NCBI GenBank assembly: GCA_001872315.1
Contig: MNVZ01000007.1
Span: 1-50,110, forward strand
Direction of reading: 5' to 3'
DNA from: Candidatus Pacearchaeota archaeon CG1_02_39_14
Lineage (GTDB): Archaea > Nanobdellota > Nanobdellia > Pacearchaeales > GW2011-AR1
Length of the DNA stretch: 50,110 bases
Every line of letters starts with the position of its first letter. Within the stretch, counting starts at the first letter, position 1. The position numbers were made by a program, and so were the translations under genes. Below the pieces are notes generated by a model. That model was not told where the DNA came from. It was given only the letters and a program-made list of their open reading frames with translations, and made no database searches. Below, piece by piece: positions 45,007 through 50,110 of this stretch.

Positions 45007-45288
45007 TTTCTTTTTCTTTCCTTTACTCTCAAGAGTCTCAACAATCTTATCCATCTTTTTATCTATGCCTGCTAGGTGATTCTTTATTGTCTTTATGTCC
45101 TTCATGGCTCTTGCCCTCATAAAAGCCCTTACTATAAGGAAGGCAAGGTAGATTATGACAAGTATTCCCGCTATTTTTGCGAGATTAATAAGAAAGTCAA
45201 TCCCCCCAAAAATAGAATTTGGAAGGGCCTGAACCAGCTCCCCAACAAACTCACTGGAATTTTCAATAACTATAGTTTCGTTTGCCAT
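45001..45288 (-). CDS. Small single-TM hypothetical protein
   Basis: TM segment followed by a basic coiled tail. Confidence 0.7.
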   Translation of the reverse strand: MANETIVIENSSEFVGELVQALPNSIFGGIDFLINLAKIAGILVIIYLAFLIVRAFMRARAMKDIKTIKNHLAGIDKKMDKIVETLESKGKKKKS

Positions 45289-45334
45289 TATAAAGAAAAC
45301 AAAACAGCTTTTAATACCTTTCTCCTTAGATAAA

Positions 45335-46075
45335 ATGGAAAAGAAGCAGGCATTATTGCTCTCTGTTCTTCTGACTGTTCTTGTTTTTTCAAACGTTTAT
45401 CTCATATCGCTTGTTTCAGATAGCGTTGAGCTGGAATCAGTAATGATAAAAAAGGCAGTGGATGGGGACACTCTCGACTTACAGGACGGAAGAAGGATAA
45501 GGCTCCTGAACATAAACTCCCCTGAATCAAACATGCCTCTCTCGGAGCTTTCCTTTGTCTATCTCAAAAATCTTGAGAACTCAACTGTTCAGATAGAGAT
45601 TACAGGGAAGGAGATTTACGGAAGAGACCTTGCAAGAGTCTATAATAAAGGTTATATTAACATCGATATGGTTTCAAAAGGGCTTTCTCATACAGCGCAT
45701 GTAGAAGATTCTGAAATGAATGAGTTTATGAAAAAACAGGATGAAGCATTCATTAAAGGAATAGGGATATGGAAGAGATCTCCGAATTATGGATGTCTTA
45801 AGGCCGAAATCCATAAAAAAGAGGAATTCTTAACCATAGAGAACATTTGTTCAATAGATTTTGACAAAGTCGCGCTGAAGGATGAGAGCACAAGAACATT
45901 TAGGATTACAATCCCAGGGAAATCGAAAATGCTGTTCTTTTCAGAAAAGGGGGAGAATTCAGGTAATAAAATTTATCTCGGAAGCTCAAGAAACATATGG
46001 AATGATGACAAGGATTCGATATTTATCCGTGAAGAGGATGGCCTTCTTCTTTTTTATGAGCATTATGGCTATTAG
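45335..46075 (+). CDS. Membrane-anchored thermonuclease (SNase) with lamin-tail-like C-terminal domain
   Basis: VDGDTL, IRLLNINSPE, YGRDLARVY, GIW; C-terminal IWNDDKDSIFIR. Confidence 0.85.
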   Translation: MEKKQALLLSVLLTVLVFSNVYLISLVSDSVELESVMIKKAVDGDTLDLQDGRRIRLLNINSPESNMPLSELSFVYLKNLENSTVQIEITGKEIYGRDLARVYNKGYINIDMVSKGLSHTAHVEDSEMNEFMKKQDEAFIKGIGIWKRSPNYGCLKAEIHKKEEFLTIENICSIDFDKVALKDESTRTFRITIPGKSKMLFFSEKGENSGNKIYLGSSRNIWNDDKDSIFIREEDGLLLFYEHYGY

Positions 46076-46634
46076 CTTTTTTGCGCAGGCATCAGCCATT
46101 GAGTTTGAATTTATCTCCCCGCAGGAAGTGAATGCAGAATCAGAGTTTCAGGTTGAGATAACCGCCGAAACGGCAGAAGATTATGATGTTAAAATCTATG
46201 TGCACGGGGACACAAGGCAGTATTCAGAAATATTTGACGGAGAAAAATGGAGAAGCCCATTCAATTATATCTCCTCTTCATTTCCATCAGTCAGTACTTA
46301 TAGAATTATCCCTCATTACATCGGAGAGACGGAGATTTGCATAAAGCTTAGAAAAGCATCTGATAATGTAGATGTCTCTTCTGCCTGCAATCAGATATCG
46401 GTCCTTGGAGAAAGCAGCCAGTCAGCTATTTCAGAGAATAATGGGGAAGAAGAAAAATTTGAGAGTGATTCTGAAGATTTTAATAATGAAAGAATAATCC
46501 TGAACTCCCCCAATTTAGAGAAAAATTCATATCAAACAGTTACCTCCGATCAAAGATTAAGGATTTGGATTCTCTATTCCTTCAGCTTCTTTTGCCTTGT
46601 TATAATCATCCTTCTAGCTTTGAAAACCCTATAA
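46038..46634 (+). CDS. Hypothetical surface protein (signal peptide and C-terminal TM)
   Basis: MAFFFFMSIMAISFFAQASA signal-like segment; start uncertain (GTG 46029, ATG 46038 or 46056). Confidence 0.72.
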   Translation: MAFFFFMSIMAISFFAQASAIEFEFISPQEVNAESEFQVEITAETAEDYDVKIYVHGDTRQYSEIFDGEKWRSPFNYISSSFPSVSTYRIIPHYIGETEICIKLRKASDNVDVSSACNQISVLGESSQSAISENNGEEEKFESDSEDFNNERIILNSPNLEKNSYQTVTSDQRLRIWILYSFSFFCLVIIILLALKTL

Positions 46635-46670
46635 CCAAAACTTTAAAACAACAGTTTTCCACAATCTCAC

Positions 46671-47210
46671 ATGTCAAAGATAGAGGCAAGGATAATAATG
46701 GAGCTGATGGGACGCCCTGCGGCCCATGTCAAAGAAACCCTCCAGACTCTTTTAACTCGTCTTGGTTCGGAGAAAGGGGTAACAATTCTTAATAAAAAGA
46801 ACTATGACCCAAAGAAAATAAATGACTCAAATGAACTATACAGCTGTTTCGCCGAAGTTGAGCTTCAATTAGAATCTATAGAATCTATGCTATACGTAAT
46901 TTTTGCATATTCACCTTCAAATCTTGAAATCATCTCGCCTGAAAATCTGAAGATTTCAAACGCAGACTTAAATGTCTTTTTCAACAGCCTTTTGGACAGA
47001 ATACACACTCACGGGGCAATTCTAAAAAGAGCCGTCGGGGAAAGGGATATTCTTTTGAGACAAATGGAATATTTAAGCCAGAACCTTGGAAGCAAAGTGA
47101 CTGATCTTCTTAAAAAGAAAGAGTCGGTTTCACCTAAACTTTCTCCAGCCAATATTCAGAAAGGCAATGCAAAAAAGCCTAAGTCAGGCAAGAAAAAATC
47201 TAAAAAATAG
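46671..47210 (+). CDS. Hypothetical protein
   Basis: 179-aa ORF with its own TTTAAAA box; E.MGRP..HV, FAEVE, PS..EII.P. Confidence 0.8.
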   Translation: MSKIEARIIMELMGRPAAHVKETLQTLLTRLGSEKGVTILNKKNYDPKKINDSNELYSCFAEVELQLESIESMLYVIFAYSPSNLEIISPENLKISNADLNVFFNSLLDRIHTHGAILKRAVGERDILLRQMEYLSQNLGSKVTDLLKKKESVSPKLSPANIQKGNAKKPKSGKKKSKK

Positions 47211-48438
47211 GGACTATTTTTCTGTCAACCCTTCCCATTCTCTCCTTGAAAGGGTCATTCTGTCTTTTTGTCTTCATATATTTAAACCCGATGAAAGCGA
47301 GTATAATCAAAAGCACTGCTCCGAGCACATAGCCAACCCATGCGAGGCCCCCACTCTCTTCGGAAGCAACACAGGCTCCAAGGCAGCATTCTTTGACATC
47401 TCTCGAGATTACTAAATCCCCTGCGCATACTTCAGATGCCGAACATTTTACTCCCTGAAGCTCCGAACAGTAATAATTGACCTCAAGGCTCCCATTATTT
47501 CCTTCCGGAATTATTATCTCCTCCCCCTCTTCAACATATTCAACTATAATCGGGAATTCAAAGCTTTCGTTTCCATACTCAATCAATATAATTTCCTCAA
47601 CTCTTTCCTCAAATCCGGAAAGAACAACATTAAAAGTGTAATGCTGGCCGGGCTCAAGCTCATCTGGGAATGAAGGGTCAAGGCTTATTATTTCTTCATT
47701 ATAAGAGACTGAAAATTCCTCTATAATTTCCTCTCCTGTGTTTATAAGGGTAAACTCATATTTAGCTTCGGAGCCAAAAATAATTCTGCTGTCTATTTCG
47801 ACTGGATTAAACTTTATCCGCTTTTCCGGCTCTTCTATCTCTTTTGTTATCAGTGTGGGAACAACGTAGCTCCCAACATTAACGCTGTAAAATCCTCCGC
47901 TCACTTCTTCAGTGCTAAACATAATAATATTTTCTCCAGGATTAAGAAGAATGCTTCTCTCAAATGGAAAGTTAACTTCTATCTGCTGGTTGGTATCAAT
48001 GTTTGAAGTGACCTTTATGCTGAAATCGTCAGAGCTGACCACAATTCCGGGACTTATAGTATAATCTATTATCTCTCCCGTAACATTGAAGTTTTGCTCA
48101 AAATCAATCTGCTCTTGCCTTCCATTTACTGTTGTTTCGACATCCTCAATTCTTAGGGTGTACTCTGAACTCTCATTACCCTCAAGCTCAAGGAAAGGCA
48201 TAACCGCATAAAGATAGTAAGTTCCTTCAATTCTTTTTATATCATAATCAAATGGGACATCAATGTGCCCGTCTCTTAAAAATCTGACATCCTCATAAGC
48301 TATTGAGTCAAGTATGTTCCCCATTATCTGGATAATCATTGTTTCTCCCGGTCGGTAACTTCCTTGCATGTCAGTTGAGATTGCAATGGCTCCAGGAAGA
48401 AGGACGATGAGTATCAGGACAAATAACACTTTTTTCAT
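47200..48438 (-). CDS. Acidic surface protein with Ig-like domains, Cys module and C-terminal TM
   Basis: Signal peptide, NTG Ig-like motif, YCSELQG..C.....C...CCLGAC, TM. Confidence 0.8.
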   Translation of the reverse strand: MKKVLFVLILIVLLPGAIAISTDMQGSYRPGETMIIQIMGNILDSIAYEDVRFLRDGHIDVPFDYDIKRIEGTYYLYAVMPFLELEGNESSEYTLRIEDVETTVNGRQEQIDFEQNFNVTGEIIDYTISPGIVVSSDDFSIKVTSNIDTNQQIEVNFPFERSILLNPGENIIMFSTEEVSGGFYSVNVGSYVVPTLITKEIEEPEKRIKFNPVEIDSRIIFGSEAKYEFTLINTGEEIIEEFSVSYNEEIISLDPSFPDELEPGQHYTFNVVLSGFEERVEEIILIEYGNESFEFPIIVEYVEEGEEIIIPEGNNGSLEVNYYCSELQGVKCSASEVCAGDLVISRDVKECCLGACVASEESGGLAWVGYVLGAVLLIILAFIGFKYMKTKRQNDPFKERMGRVDRKIVPIF

Positions 48439-48542
48439 ATCTTCCCTAATAAAAAGAGTTATATAAATTTAATCAAGTTAATCGGAAATGCCTGCATAAT
48501 CTTTAAATAAGACTGAATTTAGATATTAAATGCACGGGTAAA

Positions 48543-49502
48543 ATGGCAAAAGAATACAAATTCATAATCTTGGGGGCTGGAGGAACAGGTCTTGCAGCAG
48601 GAATGTACGCTGCCCGTCTTGGCTTGAAAACTCTTATCCTCGGATATTCTCATGGCTCTGAACTTCCTGTAGGAGGGGTTATAACAACTACGAATATAGT
48701 TGAAAACTATCCGGGCTTCAAGAAGCTCACAGGAACAGAAATTGCCAAAAAAATAGAAGATCATGCCAGAGAGTATGAATTAGTTGACATAGTGGAAGAG
48801 AAGGCAATGAGCGTCAAAAAAGAGGGAAAATTTTTCATTGTGAACACAGAAGAGTCTGAATATAAGGCGAATGCAGTCCTTTTTGCGACAGGTACAAAGT
48901 GGAGAAAGCTTCCTGAAGAAATAAAGGGAGGCAGGGAATTTGAGAACCGCGGGGTAAATTACTGCGCTCTTTGTGACGGTCCGCTTTTCAAAAACAAGAC
49001 TGTTGCGGTTATAGGAGGCAGCGATTCTGCGGCAAAAGATGCCCTTGTCCTTGCAGAACATGCAAAAAAGGTCTATATTATATACAGAGGGAACGAAATT
49101 CACCCGGAGCCAATAAATCTTCAGAGAGTGAATGCAAATAAAAAGATAGAATTAATCACCAACACAAACCTGACTGAAGTTAAGGGAAAGGACTTTGTCG
49201 AATCAGTTATGCTTGATAAAAAATACAACGGAAGCAGCGAACTTAAGCTTGATGGAATCTTTGTTGCTATAGGCCATCTTGTCCTATCTGATTTAGCCAA
49301 GCCTCTTGGGGTTGAGCTGAACAAGAAAAATGAAATCATAATAGACCACAAGGATTCTTCAACAAACGTTCCTGGCATCTTTGCAGCAGGAGATGTGGCT
49401 GATAAGCCATTCAAGCAGCTCATTACAGGGGTTGCAGAAGGGTGCACCGCAGCGCATTCCGCCTACGAGTACATAACAAAATCATTTGTTGAGACTTCTT
49501 AA
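48543..49502 (+). CDS. trxB: Thioredoxin reductase
   Basis: GAGGTG, VENYPG, YCALCDG, IGGSDSA, GIFAAGDV, Q.IT...EG. Confidence 0.95.
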   Translation: MAKEYKFIILGAGGTGLAAGMYAARLGLKTLILGYSHGSELPVGGVITTTNIVENYPGFKKLTGTEIAKKIEDHAREYELVDIVEEKAMSVKKEGKFFIVNTEESEYKANAVLFATGTKWRKLPEEIKGGREFENRGVNYCALCDGPLFKNKTVAVIGGSDSAAKDALVLAEHAKKVYIIYRGNEIHPEPINLQRVNANKKIELITNTNLTEVKGKDFVESVMLDKKYNGSSELKLDGIFVAIGHLVLSDLAKPLGVELNKKNEIIIDHKDSSTNVPGIFAAGDVADKPFKQLITGVAEGCTAAHSAYEYITKSFVETS

Positions 49503-50110
49503 CTTTAGATATTCATAAATCGGGCCTATTGCTGCTCCAAAAAGAGGATAATAAATTAAATCATCTAAAGGCATTTTTAAAATCACAATTTCAGGTACAT
49601 TCTCGAAATACCAAAAACCCAGCCATCCGGGAGTGAGAATTTCAACAAGATTATAAATTATAATGGACGCTGCAAGGAACAATGCTCCCGTGATTAAAGA
49701 GCTTTTTATGGTTTCAGGTCTTTTATAATAAATTCTCATCAGTCCAAGGACGAGGATGGCTGTAGTCGTGATAAATGTGTTCAAGCCAAAAAAGAAGTGA
49801 AGGACAAGAAATAATCCTAAGACTATTCCTATAATGGCTCCATATTTATTATAGTCTATCTCTGCCTTTTTTGTCTTCCCTGAAATCCAGCAAAACAATC
49901 CCATAGCAAAACCTCCCTTTGCGAAGGCATAAAGAAAGTCTTCAATTGCAGGAATATTGCCTGATAGGGTCAGAGGCATCCACCAGTCGCGTATATAAAT
50001 TACATTCAGAAAGATGCCCATGACTCCCAGGCCAACCGAGATAAGAGTCAATTCTTTTCTTATTTCTTTCAATTTTAAAAAGAAAAAAAGCCATCCTGCC
50101 AGAAAAAACA
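49482..50110 (-). CDS. Lycopene-cyclase-domain (CrtYc/d-like) membrane protein, 5' partial
   Basis: Duplicated P.ED.LY motif (PAIEDFLYAF, MPLDDLIYY); the frame stays open to the window edge. Confidence 0.6.
   Translation of the reverse strand, partial: FFLAGWLFFFLKLKEIRKELTLISVGLGVMGIFLNVIYIRDWWMPLTLSGNIPAIEDFLYAFAKGGFAMGLFCWISGKTKKAEIDYNKYGAIIGIVLGLFLVLHFFFGLNTFITTTAILVLGLMRIYYKRPETIKSSLITGALFLAASIIIYNLVEILTPGWLGFWYFENVPEIVILKMPLDDLIYYPLFGAAIGPIYEYLKLRSLNK

Noticed and set aside
49482-50110. Carotenoid pathway
   Set aside because: Only a partial cyclase-like membrane domain is present, with no other crt genes visible.
1-50110. CRISPR array, rRNA, integrase/transposase, provirus, diversity-generating retroelement
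   Set aside because: No spaced repeats, rRNA-like tract, recombinase, reverse transcriptase or capsid motifs seen by eye. The Cys-rich paralogs are too diverged to be a TR/VR pair.

Overview
A gene-dense archaeal chromosome segment that looks like a DPANN archaeon, most likely Pacearchaeota. This placement is an inference from the archaeal r-protein set, a fused PriS-PriL primase, AMP phosphorylase, and an archaeosortase next to an S-layer-like protein. The left half is mostly housekeeping: rpl3-4-23-2-rps19; a split L11/L1-P0-P1 cluster; ftsZ-secE-spt5; aIF5A, eL40, eL43, rpoP, prefoldin, sepF; tRNA-Ser(TGA) and tRNA-Pro(TGG). It also carries a vapBC pair, two free-standing LAGLIDADG genes that each sit on the 5' side of a tRNA, and several orphan ORFs fitted into conserved operons by stop/start overlaps. 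The right half is a cell-surface region with two S-layer-type proteins and an archaeosortase. It includes the best candidate for an undescribed system: a ~9.5 kb minus-strand cluster led by a small RHH regulator, encoding six pilin-like proteins with class III signal peptides and two paralogous Cys-rich proteins, one of which (~1,200 aa) has an internal Gly/Ala-zipper hydrophobic domain. Structured 5' leaders lie upstream of the S-layer gene, rpl1 and rpl3. No CRISPR array, rRNA, transposase or integrase was seen. All calls come from motif recognition by eye; no searches were run.
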